Below, piece after piece: positions 38,114 to 47,302 of a stretch of DNA of 51,903 nt (position 1 is its first letter; every line of letters begins with the position of its first letter). This stretch comes from Anaerolineales bacterium. Lineage in GTDB: Bacteria; Chloroflexota; Anaerolineae; Anaerolineales; DRMV01. The notes beneath the pieces are model-generated. The model was not told where the DNA came from. It saw nothing but the letters and a program-made list of their open reading frames with translations, and searched no databases. Made by a program: the position numbers and the translations under genes. The stretch spans positions 1 through 51,903 of the forward strand of contig JALUDX010000059.1 of the NCBI GenBank assembly GCA_027053355.1, read 5' to 3'.

Positions 38114-38205
38114 CGGGGAGGGCGGGATTCGAACCCGCGGTGGAGGTTTTAGCCCCCACAACCGCTTAGCAGGCGGCCCCGATCGTCCAACTCCGGCACC
38201 TCCCC
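38114..38205 (-). tRNA. tRNA-Ser(GCT)
   Basis: GGGGAGG acceptor; anticodon arm GCCGC-CTGCTAA-GCGGT; long variable arm; GGTTCGAATCC. Confidence 0.92.
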
Positions 38206-38269
38206 GAATGATGTGGGTGCTGCTCGCCCCTGGGGAGGATGGGTACCCTGGGGGCTTCCCGCCCGTGGG

Positions 38270-38360
<91 letters not shown>

Positions 38361-38434
38361 CGGAGCGGAGAAATTTTACCACAACGGTCAACCGGAGGCA
38401 AGAAAACGAGAACCCGCGTGCGCGGGCCTCTCTG

Positions 38435-38506
38435 AGCGGGCGACGGGATTCGAACCCGCGAATGGTAGCTTGGGAAGCTACTGCCTTACCACTTGGCGAC
38501 GCCCGC
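38435..38506 (-). tRNA. tRNA-Gly(CCC)
   Basis: GCGGGCG acceptor; anticodon arm GTAGC-TTCCCAA-GCTAC; U discriminator. Confidence 0.93.
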
Positions 38507-38518
38507 AATCTGCGGCTA

Positions 38519-38547
38519 ATTTTAGCCAGCCTCGCTTGTTTTGTCAA
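38519..38547 (-). promoter_or_regulatory. Sigma70 promoter of tRNA cluster
   Basis: TTGACA-17 bp-TAAAAT, 12 bp upstream of tRNA-Gly. Confidence 0.75.
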
Positions 38548-38593
38548 TGAACCATCGGCGCACAAACCCCAACAACGCCACCAGGTAACCAGC

Positions 38594-39370
38594 CTACTTC
38601 CCCCCCGCTTTCGCTAATTCGTCGTCGATGATGCTTTGGAAAACGGAAAAAGGCTGCGCGCCAACCACCGGGATGCCGTTGATGAAAAAGGTAGGCGTCG
38701 AGCGCACGCCCAACTTTTGGGCATACTGCGCGTCGGCGACGATTTCGTCGCGGTATTTGTGGTCTTTCAGGCAGGCGTTGAATTTTTCCATATCCAGCCC
38801 CAGTTCTTGCGCGTAGGTTTGGTAAGCCTGGGTGCTGAGGCCGTGCTTTTGTTGGAAGAGTTTGTCGTGGTAATCCCAGTATTTCCCTTGTTCGCCGGCG
38901 CAATTGGCGGCCTCGGCAGCGGGCAGCGCCTGGGGGTGAAGGCTGGTCAAGGGGAAGTCGCGATAGACGATGCGCACTTTGTCGCCGTAGGTTTGGCGAA
39001 TCTGTTTTTCGACTTGCTCAGCCCAGCGGCGGCAGAAGGGGCACTGATAGTCGGAAAACTCGATGATGGTGACGGGCGCGTCTTTGGGTCCGATGGCGGG
39101 GTCGTCGTCGGCAGAGACCTGATAGCGCCGCGGCTGCTGGGTGGCGGCGGGGGTTTGTTTCCCCGCGGCGGGGCTGTTTTGGGCCGCGGGCGGTTGTTGG
39201 GCCTGCGGCTGGGCCTGGGGTTGCTGGGCCGCGGGCGCGGCTTTTTGGGCCTGCGCCCCCCACAGCAGGAACCCCGCCAAAAGCCCGGCGGCAAAAGCCA
39301 GCACGATGAAAATGTAGAAGGCGCTGATGATGAGCGGTTGGTGCTGTTTTTTGGGGAGTTTTTTAGCCAT
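38594..39370 (-). CDS. DsbA/BdbD-family thioredoxin-fold protein
   Basis: N-terminal TM segment, Q/P-rich linker, G..DAPVTIIEFSDYQCPFC, RDFPL..H, AA.AA.CA..QGKYW, GV.STPTFFING. Confidence 0.92.
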   Translation of the reverse strand: MAKKLPKKQHQPLIISAFYIFIVLAFAAGLLAGFLLWGAQAQKAAPAAQQPQAQPQAQQPPAAQNSPAAGKQTPAATQQPRRYQVSADDDPAIGPKDAPVTIIEFSDYQCPFCRRWAEQVEKQIRQTYGDKVRIVYRDFPLTSLHPQALPAAEAANCAGEQGKYWDYHDKLFQQKHGLSTQAYQTYAQELGLDMEKFNACLKDHKYRDEIVADAQYAQKLGVRSTPTFFINGIPVVGAQPFSVFQSIIDDELAKAGGK

Positions 39371-39381
39371 GCGGGTTACTC

Positions 39382-39720
39382 TCAAGAAGCGTTTTTCGTC
39401 GCGGGGGCTTTGCTCTCGGCGGCTTTGGCCTTTTCGGCCTTGGTCGAGGGGGTCTCCGCCGCAGGAGTTTTGGCCGCCGCGGGCTCGGATGACGGGGCGC
39501 CTTCGGAAGTGGCCTTGCCGTTGCCGCCCGTCCCCGAAGGGGAGCGGTGGTCGGTGGCGTAGAAGCCCGACCCCTTGAACACGATGCCCACGGGTTTGTA
39601 CACGCGCCGCACCGCCTCGGCACCGCATTCTGGGCAGCGGGTAGGGGGCGGGTCGTTGAATCTGAGCCGTTGGTCAAAGGTAAAACCACAGGCTTCGCAG
39701 CGGTATGTGTAAACTGGCAT
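39382..39720 (-). CDS. FmdB-family zinc ribbon protein
   Basis: MPVYTYRCEACG...CPECG...IVFKGSGFYATD. Confidence 0.92.
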   Translation of the reverse strand: MPVYTYRCEACGFTFDQRLRFNDPPPTRCPECGAEAVRRVYKPVGIVFKGSGFYATDHRSPSGTGGNGKATSEGAPSSEPAAAKTPAAETPSTKAEKAKAAESKAPATKNAS

Positions 39721-39768
39721 CGCATCACCTCGCCCGGCAAAGATAGCCGCTCTTAGGGCGTGGGCAGC

Positions 39769-39797
39769 ATTATAGCGCGCTCCGCCGCCCCTGGCAA
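39769..39797 (-). promoter_or_regulatory. Sigma70 promoter of fmdB-like/dsbA
   Basis: TTGCCA-17 bp-TATAAT. Confidence 0.65.
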
Positions 39798-39911
39798 GTG
39801 CGATTTGCGTGCCGCGTTCCTTATAGACCTGACCAATCTGGCCCAGCGTGTCACCCGCGGCCTCCACCCATGCCAGCAGAGGCGCAGCAGCACTGCGCCC
39901 CAAAACCGCTG

Positions 39912-39943
39912 GGGTAGGGCAAGGCATTGCCTTGTCCCTACCC
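39912..39943. repeat. GTAG-type REP-like palindrome
   Basis: GGGTAGGGCAAGGCATTGCCTTGTCCCTACCC. Confidence 0.65.
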
Positions 39944-39984
39944 TTACGCTCTATTTCCCGCCTCGCTCGATCTGATGGCCGCTT

Positions 39985-41352
39985 TTAGAAGTTGACCTCG
40001 GGTAGGTTGCGCAACGAACGCTGGATGGCCTCTTCAGGGTAGGCGTAGTCTTCCAATTCGCCCGCTAGGTAAGCCTCATAAGCGCTAAGGTCGAAATGGC
40101 CGTGGCCAGAGAAGTTGAACACGATAACCCGTTTCTCGCCGGCTTCTTTGGCCTTGAGCGCCTCGTCGATGGCGACCCTCACCGCGTGGGCGGTTTCCGG
40201 CGCGGGGATGATGCCCTGGGTGCGGGCGAAGAGCACCGCGGCCTCGAACACCGCGCGCTGATGCACGGCGACGGCCTCAATCACGCCCTGGTCGTACAGC
40301 GCGCACACCGTGGGCGCCATGCCGTGGTACCGCAGCCCGCCCGCGTGGATGGGCGCGGGCACGAAGTCGTGCCCCAAAGTGTGCATCTTGACGATGGGGG
40401 TGATTTTGCCCGTGTCGCCGTAGTCGTAGGCATACAGCCCTTTGGTAAGGGTGGGCGCAGCTGTGGGCTCCACGGCAATGACGCGGTAGTCCTTCTTTCC
40501 CTGCAATTTAGCCTGCAGGAAGGGGAAAGCAAAGCCGCCAAAATTGGAGCCGCCGCCGATGCAGCCGATGAGCACGTCGGGCGCTTCGCCGGCGAGTTCC
40601 ATCTGCTTCATGGTCTCCTGGCCGATGACGGTTTGGTGCAGCAGCACATGGTTGAGCACCGAGCCGAGGCTGTATTTTTTCTTACCGTTGGAAGTGAGCG
40701 CGGCCTCCACGGCCTCGGAAATAGCGATGCCCAGCGAGCCGGGGCTGTTGGGGTCTTCGGCCAAAATGCGGCGGCCGATTTCGGTGCGGTCGGTGGGGCT
40801 GGCGAACACCTGCGCGCCGTAGGTTTCCATCAAAATGCGGCGGTAGGGTTTTTGCTGATAAGAGACCTTGACCATGTACACTTCGACGTCGATGTCGAAG
40901 AAGTTGCCTGCCAGCGCCAGGGCCGAGCCCCACTGCCCCGCGCCGGTTTCGGTGGTCAGCGCGTGCACGCCCTCGGCCTTGTTGTAAAACGCCTGAGCCA
41001 CCGCGGTGTTGGGCTTGTGACTGCCCGAAGGCGAAACCCCTTCATATTTGAAGTAAATGTGCGCGGGCGTCTCCAACGCATGCTCCAGCCGGCGGGCGCG
41101 GATCAGCGGCGTAGGCCGCCACAGCCGATACACCTCCCGCACCGGCTCCGGGATTTCGATGTAGCGCTCGCTGCTCACCTCTTGAGCAATGACCGCCTGG
41201 GGGAAAATGGCCGCTAAGAAATCGGGCGTCACCGGCTCTTTGGTGACGGGGTGTAGCGGCGGCGGCAACGGCGTGGGCAAGTCGGCCGCGATGTTGTACC
41301 AAAACTTGGGCAGGTCGGCTTCGGAAAGCAAAAAACGATATTGGTCAGACAT
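39985..41352 (-). CDS. trpB2: TrpB2 (TrpB-like PLP enzyme, stand-alone tryptophan synthase beta)
   Basis: Start MSDQYRF (GGAGG RBS); [74 protein letters not shown]. Confidence 0.93.
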   Translation of the reverse strand: MSDQYRFLLSEADLPKFWYNIAADLPTPLPPPLHPVTKEPVTPDFLAAIFPQAVIAQEVSSERYIEIPEPVREVYRLWRPTPLIRARRLEHALETPAHIYFKYEGVSPSGSHKPNTAVAQAFYNKAEGVHALTTETGAGQWGSALALAGNFFDIDVEVYMVKVSYQQKPYRRILMETYGAQVFASPTDRTEIGRRILAEDPNSPGSLGIAISEAVEAALTSNGKKKYSLGSVLNHVLLHQTVIGQETMKQMELAGEAPDVLIGCIGGGSNFGGFAFPFLQAKLQGKKDYRVIAVEPTAAPTLTKGLYAYDYGDTGKITPIVKMHTLGHDFVPAPIHAGGLRYHGMAPTVCALYDQGVIEAVAVHQRAVFEAAVLFARTQGIIPAPETAHAVRVAIDEALKAKEAGEKRVIVFNFSGHGHFDLSAYEAYLAGELEDYAYPEEAIQRSLRNLPEVNF

Positions 41353-41381
41353 GGAACACCTCCAAAATGGTTGAGATTTGG

Positions 41382-41450
41382 GTAACCGTTCAGCCTTGGG
41401 AAAATAGGCCACGGATGAACGCGGATAATTACGGATCGCCGCGGATTTGA
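41382..41450. repeat. Half-element (copy I) in trpB2 leader
   Basis: GTAACCGTTCAGCCTTGGGAAAATAGGCCACGGATGAACGCGGATAATTACGGATCGCCGCGGATTT, matching 49111 onward. Confidence 0.75.
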
Positions 41451-41544
41451 GAGCGTCGTAGGGCGGGATGCCAATACAGCGCAGCCCAAGGGAGGCGAGA
41501 CAGTGTGCCGCCAACAAACGCGCGCAACGCAAAGCGCGCTTAAC

Positions 41545-41885
41545 GCAAAACGCGCCCGTCCCGCTCAGGGACGAACGCGTCGAAGGCGTCCGCGGTGCCA
41601 CCCCGGTTAGGCTGGCCGCGGGTTTAAAACAAAAAAACCCGCCGTGAAGCGACGGGAAAATCCGCAAGCCACTGGCAAGCCAGCCTCACTCTTTTCGGGT
41701 ACGGCGCTGCTGCGCTTATACCCTTTGCCTCGATAACGGTGGCAACTCCGGCAAGGGCTACTGCCTGAGGGTTCGCCCTGCGGCTCCGAGGCCCATTCAG
41801 CGTCGGCGTGCGGGCCGGCTCTCACCTTCCCCGGCTCTCTGTGCCGTCGTTTCGGCGCTTACTCGTCCTCTTCATCGCCTTTGCG
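41545..41885 (-). promoter_or_regulatory. T-box riboswitch (Trp specifier) upstream of trpB2
   Basis: GCGATGAAGAGGACGAGTA start, AGAGA and GGTGAGAG motifs, GAA-TGG specifier (41793-41798), CCGTTA, AAGAG, T-box GGTGGCACCGCG (41591-41602), terminator hairpin plus T-run. Confidence 0.9.
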
Positions 41886-41907
41886 CGCTGTGCGGTTGTT
41901 GCGCCGA

Positions 41908-41936
41908 GTTATAAAGGATGCCGGGGGAATTGTCAA
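41908..41936 (-). promoter_or_regulatory. Sigma70 promoter of T-box/trpB2
   Basis: TTGACA-17 bp-TATAAC. Confidence 0.8.
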
Positions 41937-42055
41937 GGTTTTTTGGAAAAAGCCACAAGGTAAACGCATCTAAGCTTGGTTGCCCGGTCATTCTCTTTTG
42001 CCCGCGGCACGCCTCGTCCTTACTTACCCAGACTGCTTTGAGGCGTAATGATGAC

Positions 42056-42174
42056 GTAGGGGCACAGCGTTGCTGTGCTCAGCGCAGGCCATAGGGCGCA
42101 GCGCCGCTGCGCCCCTACAATCATGCGTATGGGCGTGATGTTTTCGTAGGGGCGAACGGCCGTTCGCCCCTACG
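42056..42174. repeat. Cluster of three GTAG-type REP-like palindromes
   Basis: GTAGGGGCACAGCGTTGCTGTGCTC; TAGGGCGCAGCGCCGCTGCGCCCCTAC; perfect 30-bp palindrome CGTAGGGGCGAACGGCCGTTCGCCCCTACG (42145-42174). Confidence 0.75.
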
Positions 42175-42341
42175 GGCACTGCTAAAGGCCGCGGCTGACA
42201 CCGTTTCCCCATTTAGACAAAAAGAGTAACTACCTACCCTGCGCCGAAAACGAGGTTGACAAGCAATATTCCAATAACTCTGCCATGCCATGAAACAACA
42301 TTACACCTTACTCGCCCTCACCACTCCCCCAGAGCCGCCTC

Positions 42342-42391
42342 CCTTCGACTTCGCTCAGGGCGGCCTTCGACTTCGCTCAGGGCGGCCTTCG
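42342..42391. repeat. 22-bp tandem repeat x2.3
   Basis: CCTTCGACTTCGCTCAGGGCGG twice, then CCTTCG. Confidence 0.8.
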
Positions 42392-42445
42392 CGTCGTCGT
42401 GGCGACCCTAACGAATAGCCCCGGGCTTCGTGGTAAACTTGCCCC

Positions 42446-43429
42446 ATGCGTCACTATCGTGCCACAGCAGAAGCCCACCCCAACATCGCGTTCATCAAAT
42501 ACTGGGGCAACCGCGATCACGCGCTGCGAATTCCCAGCAACGGCTCCATTTCCATGAACCTGGCCGGGCTGGTGACCCGCACCACCGTGGTCTTTCGACC
42601 TGATTTGCCCGCGGACCGGCTGATTTTGGCCGGGCAGCCGCGCACAGGCCAGGCTTTGGCGCGGGTCGTGCGGGTGTTGCAGCGCGTGCGGCAATGGTCG
42701 GCGTTGGCCTGGTATGCCGAAGTCCGCTCAGACAACAACTTCCCCACGGGCGCGGGCATTGCTTCTTCGGCCGCGGCCTTTGCCGCGCTGGCCACGGCTG
42801 CGGCTGCGGCCGCGGGGCTGTCCCTTTCCACCCAGGCGCTGAGCCGCCTGGCACGGCTGGGTTCCGGCTCGGCCAGCCGCTCGGTGCCCCCCGGCTTTGT
42901 GGAGTGGTTGGCCGGCAAAAGCGACGCGGCGTCTTACGCGGTGAGCATCGCACCGCCCGACCATTGGGCGCTGGCCGACTGTGTGACCATCGTCACCCAG
43001 GGGCACAAGGCCGTGGGCTCCAGCCAGGGGCACCGCCTGGCCGAAAGCAGCCCTTTTCAGGCCGAGCGGCTGGCCACCGCGCCCCAACGCCTGCAACTGT
43101 GCCGGGAAGCCATTTTGCAGCGCGATTTCGCGGCTTTGGCGCAGGTCGTCGAAGACGATTGCCATCTGATGCACGCGGTGATGCAAACTTCTTCTCCGCG
43201 GCTGTTGTATTGGGAACCGGCCACCCTCGCGGTGATGCACGCGGTGCGGCGCTGGCGTGAGGAAGAGGGGTTGCCTGTGGCCTACACCATCGACGCGGGG
43301 CCCAACGTGCATGTGCTTTGCCCTGCAGACCACGCCCCCGCGGTGCGCCAGCGGTTGGAGGCGCTGCGCGGGGTGCAGCAGGTGTTGGTGGCTCTGCCCG
43401 GTGGCGGTGCGCGGGTGGTAGAAGCCTAA
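42446..43429 (+). CDS. mvaD: Mevalonate (di)phosphate decarboxylase family (GHMP)
   Basis: PNIAFIKYWG, P.NGSIS, NNFPTGAGIASSA, RLAR.GSGSASRS, MHA, YTIDAGPNVH. Confidence 0.88.
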   Translation: MRHYRATAEAHPNIAFIKYWGNRDHALRIPSNGSISMNLAGLVTRTTVVFRPDLPADRLILAGQPRTGQALARVVRVLQRVRQWSALAWYAEVRSDNNFPTGAGIASSAAAFAALATAAAAAAGLSLSTQALSRLARLGSGSASRSVPPGFVEWLAGKSDAASYAVSIAPPDHWALADCVTIVTQGHKAVGSSQGHRLAESSPFQAERLATAPQRLQLCREAILQRDFAALAQVVEDDCHLMHAVMQTSSPRLLYWEPATLAVMHAVRRWREEEGLPVAYTIDAGPNVHVLCPADHAPAVRQRLEALRGVQQVLVALPGGGARVVEA

Positions 43430-43796
43430 AGCGCGGCGTAGCCGCTCCGTTTTGAGGAAATAGAACACGGATGGCAACTGCCTGTCTGTTGGGCTGGGGG
43501 CAGCGTTATAACCTTCGCTGCGTGGCGTGGGCAGAAGTCCACCTGCGTGGGTGTTTCCCTTTGCAGCCGTGGCTTTGGTCGTCGAGGGCTAACGGCAGCA
43601 GTCGAAACTGTGTTTGCCCTTCGCCAAACCCTCTCGCGGCAATTTCTGCCACCAGCCGGCAACGGATGCACGCCGCGCGACAATGAGTAGGTGTCAATTA
43701 TCACTTCCCGCCCCACGTATTGTTGCCTACAATAAAAAGTGCTGGCAAGACGCTGTTTGGCACCAGACAGACCCCAAGGCCAACAAGGAGGCTCAG

Positions 43797-44672
43797 ATGC
43801 AACCAGATCTCACCCAAGAACTGCTGGAACTCGTACGCTTGACCGCAACCAGCCTGCCCGCGGACGTGGAACAGACCATCGCCGCGGCGCGGGATAAAGA
43901 AGACGCAGGCTCGGTGGCGCGCAGCGTGTTGGACACCATCTTGCGGAACGTGCAGATGGCCCGCGAACATTCCACGCCCATCTGCCAAGACACGGGCACA
44001 CCCATTTTCTACGTCGATATTCCGGCTGGCTGGAGTATTCGCGAGTTCCGCCGCCAAATCGAAGCCGCGGTGGCCGAGGCAACCCGGCGGGTTTACCTGC
44101 GCCCCAACGCGGTCAACAGCCTGACCGGCAAGAACACGGGCAACAACCTGGGCGACGAATACTTCCCCACCGTGCATTTTCACGAAGTGGATGGCGATAC
44201 GGTCACCGTGCGCCTGATGCTCAAGGGCGGCGGGTCGGAAAACGTCTCCACCCAGTACAAACTGCCCGATACCCGCCTGCACGCCGGCCGCGACCTGGAA
44301 GGCGTGTACAAAGTGGTGATGGACGCAGTGTACCAGGCCCAGGGCAAAGGCTGCGCGCCCGGCTTCTTGGGCGTCGGCATTGGCGGCGACCGCGGCTCTT
44401 CCTTCTACGCGGCGAAAGAAGCCCTCTGGCGCACCCTCGACGAACCCAACCCCGACCCCGAACTGGACGCGTTGGAACGCCGCATCACCGAAGACGCCAA
44501 CAAATTAGGCATCGGCCCCATGGGGCTGGGCGGCAAGACCACCGTGATGGCCACCCGCATCAAAGCCATCCACCGCTTGCCCGCCTGCTACTTCGTTTCC
44601 ATTGCCTACATGTGCTGGGCGTATCGCCGCCACACCATGATCTATCGCAACGGCCAGGTGGAATATAAGTAA
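43797..44672 (+). CDS. Class I fumarate hydratase, Fe-S alpha subunit
   Basis: PICQDTG, LRPN, NTG.N, KGGGSEN, GCAP...GVGIGG, GIGPMGLGG.TT, H..PA...CWA.R. Confidence 0.9.
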   Translation: MQPDLTQELLELVRLTATSLPADVEQTIAAARDKEDAGSVARSVLDTILRNVQMAREHSTPICQDTGTPIFYVDIPAGWSIREFRRQIEAAVAEATRRVYLRPNAVNSLTGKNTGNNLGDEYFPTVHFHEVDGDTVTVRLMLKGGGSENVSTQYKLPDTRLHAGRDLEGVYKVVMDAVYQAQGKGCAPGFLGVGIGGDRGSSFYAAKEALWRTLDEPNPDPELDALERRITEDANKLGIGPMGLGGKTTVMATRIKAIHRLPACYFVSIAYMCWAYRRHTMIYRNGQVEYK

Positions 44673-44703
44673 AGCCGCCGATTTCGAGAGGAGGAAGCAA
44701 ACC

Positions 44704-45324
44704 ATGCGCGAAATTACCATCCCCATCGACGACGAAACCATCCGCAGCCTGAAAGCGGGTGATACCGTAGCCCTGACGGGCGTGATGATGACCGGCCGCG
44801 ACGCGGTGCACAAATGGCTGATGGATACGTTCATCAACAAAACCCGCCAGCCCCAGGGCGACGACCTGGAGGTTTACGAAGCCATCAAGAAAATTTTAGA
44901 CCATGGCGTGCTCTACCACTGCGGGCCGGTGGTCTCTGGCATCGAAACGGGCGATTACAAATTCGTGGCCGCGGGGCCGACCACCAGCATCCGTGAAGAG
45001 CCCTACGAAGCCACGGTGATCAAACACTTCAACATCAAGGGCGTCATCGGCAAAGGCGGCATGGGCCCCAACACCCTCAAAGCCTGCCAAGAAACCCCCG
45101 CGGTCTATTTCCACGCGGTGGGCGGCGCGGCCTCGCTGATTGCCCAGAGCGTCCAGCGGGTGTTGGGCGTTTACAAACTGGAATTTGGGGTGCCCGAGGC
45201 CATGTGGGTCATTGAGGTCAAGGCCTTCCCCGTGATCGTGACCATGGACAGCCACGGCAACAGTTTGCACAAGAGCGTGCTCGAATCTTCGCAAGCGCGC
45301 TATCGGGAACTCATTGGCGCGTGA
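44704..45324 (+). CDS. Class I fumarate hydratase, beta subunit
   Basis: TGRDA.H, YHCGP, AAGPTTS.R, IGKGG, GG.A, PEAMW, MDS.GNS. Confidence 0.9.
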   Translation: MREITIPIDDETIRSLKAGDTVALTGVMMTGRDAVHKWLMDTFINKTRQPQGDDLEVYEAIKKILDHGVLYHCGPVVSGIETGDYKFVAAGPTTSIREEPYEATVIKHFNIKGVIGKGGMGPNTLKACQETPAVYFHAVGGAASLIAQSVQRVLGVYKLEFGVPEAMWVIEVKAFPVIVTMDSHGNSLHKSVLESSQARYRELIGA

Positions 45325-45352
45325 TACGCCTTGCCGGCTTTACCTTAACCTT

Positions 45353-45386
45353 CGCCGCGGACGCGCTGTGCGCCCGCGGCGTTTTT
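45353..45386 (+). terminator. Intrinsic terminator after fumarase
   Basis: CGCCGCGG...CCGCGGCG followed by TTTTT. Confidence 0.65.
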
Positions 45387-45461
45387 GCCTCGGTGCTATA
45401 ATTCCCTCTGCCTGTTTAAACCCCGCCCAGCGCAAGCCGTTTCCCTTTCCGGAGAAAGGCC

Positions 45462-46502
45462 ATGCCAGAAATGATGAAAGCCGTGCTCAAAGCCGCTCCT
45501 GGCCCAGGGTTGACCTTGGGCGAGCGGCCCGTGCCCACCATCGGACCCCACGATGTGCTGGTCAAGGTGCGGGCGGCCTCGATTTGCGGCACTGATTTGC
45601 ACATCTATCACTGGGACCCTTGGGCGGCAGACCGTCTGCATCCTCCTGTGATTACCGGCCACGAGGTTTGCGGCGATGTCGTCGCGGTGGGGCGTGAGGT
45701 CAACCGGGTGCGCGTGGGGGATTTCGTTTCCCTGGAATCGCACGTCATCTGCAACCACTGCCGCTTTTGCCTCACCGGCAACGGCCACCTCTGCGAAAAC
45801 ACCCAACTCATCGGTGTAGATCGGGACGGCGGTTTTGCGGACTACATTGCCATCCCCGCGCAAAACGCGTGGCCTAACCCGCCCGATTTGCCCCTTGAGG
45901 TCGCGGTGCTGATGGAAAACTTCGGCAACGCGGTGCACACCGCGTTTGCCGTGGATGTGCGCGCCAAAAAGGTCTTGATCACCGGCTGCGGCCCGGTGGG
46001 GCTGATGACCATCGCGGTGGTCAAAGCCATCGGCGCGCGTGCGGTCTTCGCCACCGACATCAGTGATTATCGCTTAGAGTTTGCCCACCGCCTGGGTGCA
46101 GACCACACTTTCAACGCCCGCACCCAGGCCGTGGTGGAAGAAATCATGGCCCTGACTCACGGCGAAGGGGTCGACGTGTGGCTGGAAATGTCAGGGGCCG
46201 AAAGCGCCATCGCGCAGGGCTTCGCCGCGCTCAAGCCGGGCGGTGAGGTCGCTGCTTTGGGGGTGGCCGGCCGCCCTATTCATTTAGATTGGGACCATCA
46301 TGTGGTGTTCAAGGGCGCGACCATCAAAGGCATCACTGGTCGCCGCCTGTGGGAAACCTGGTACCAGGCCCGGGGGCTGATTTTTTCGGGCGCGGTGGAT
46401 CTCAGCCAATTGGTGACCCACCGCTACCGGCTGGAAGACTTCAAGCAGGCCTTCGCAGTGATGGAATCCGGCGAATCGGGCAAGGTGATGCTGGTGCCAT
46501 GA
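45462..46502 (+). CDS. tdh: L-threonine 3-dehydrogenase
   Basis: SICGTDLHIY.WD.WA, GHE, ESH..C..C..C.......C.NT..IGV, GNAVHT, GCGPVG, EMSG, GITGR..WETW, SGKV. Confidence 0.9.
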   Translation: MPEMMKAVLKAAPGPGLTLGERPVPTIGPHDVLVKVRAASICGTDLHIYHWDPWAADRLHPPVITGHEVCGDVVAVGREVNRVRVGDFVSLESHVICNHCRFCLTGNGHLCENTQLIGVDRDGGFADYIAIPAQNAWPNPPDLPLEVAVLMENFGNAVHTAFAVDVRAKKVLITGCGPVGLMTIAVVKAIGARAVFATDISDYRLEFAHRLGADHTFNARTQAVVEEIMALTHGEGVDVWLEMSGAESAIAQGFAALKPGGEVAALGVAGRPIHLDWDHHVVFKGATIKGITGRRLWETWYQARGLIFSGAVDLSQLVTHRYRLEDFKQAFAVMESGESGKVMLVP

Positions 46503-47293
46503 AGAGGGCTTGGTGGCTGCTGGTGGTAGGGGCAGCGATGCTTGTGGGGAGCGGCTGTGTCGGGCTGGCAGGGGCTGGCCCGACGGCCGCGGTCGCGCCG
46601 CCGCCCACCGCGCGGCCCGCGCCTTCGCCCACGCCGACGCCCACGGTGGTGTGGTTCCCTCCCACCGCGACCTTCACGCCCCTGCCGCCCACGCCGGCGC
46701 CTTCCCCCACGCCCGACTTGGCCGCGGGGGCCGGGCCGCCTTTGCTTACCTCGCCCCTGAGCAGCGCGGCGGGCTGGGGCGCGCTCAACCCCGCTGCCGG
46801 GCGATTTGGCGTCGCCCAGGGCGTGCTCACCCTCACCGTGACCGCGGTGCGCGGTTCCTTGCTGGTGCTGCGCACCGACACCACGGCTTACAACGTCTAC
46901 CTGACCGTCGAAGCCGCGCCGCAAATCTGCCGCGACGACGACGCCTACGGCCTGGTGCTGCGGAGCACAGCCAACGCCAGCCGCTATTACCGCCTGGGGC
47001 TCACCTGCCGCGGCCAGGCCTTTGTGGAGGTGGTCAGCGGCGGGGTGCCGGTGCCCCGCGGCGAACCCCGCTTGGCCGGTGTGCCGGCCGGTGCGCCGGT
47101 GCGCGCACGGCTCAGCGTGCGCGCCCAAAAACGGCAACTGCTCTTCGCGGTCAACGGCCACACCCTCTTCACCATCCACGACGACCTGCCGCGGGCCGAC
47201 CATTTCGGCTTCTTTGCCCGCGCGGCAGGCGTAGATGGCATGTCGGTGGGCTTCCAATCGTTGGAAATTCGCTCCCTACCCCCCTCGCCCTGA
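46499..47293 (+). CDS. Hypothetical lipoprotein with Pro/Thr linker and beta-rich C-terminal domain
   Basis: ATGA overlap with tdh; MKRAWW...GSGC lipobox; (PT)n linker; YGLVLR...YYRL...C.G...LFAVNG. Confidence 0.75.
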   Translation: MKRAWWLLVVGAAMLVGSGCVGLAGAGPTAAVAPPPTARPAPSPTPTPTVVWFPPTATFTPLPPTPAPSPTPDLAAGAGPPLLTSPLSSAAGWGALNPAAGRFGVAQGVLTLTVTAVRGSLLVLRTDTTAYNVYLTVEAAPQICRDDDAYGLVLRSTANASRYYRLGLTCRGQAFVEVVSGGVPVPRGEPRLAGVPAGAPVRARLSVRAQKRQLLFAVNGHTLFTIHDDLPRADHFGFFARAAGVDGMSVGFQSLEIRSLPPSP

Positions 47294-47302
47294 ACCGTTG
47301 CC

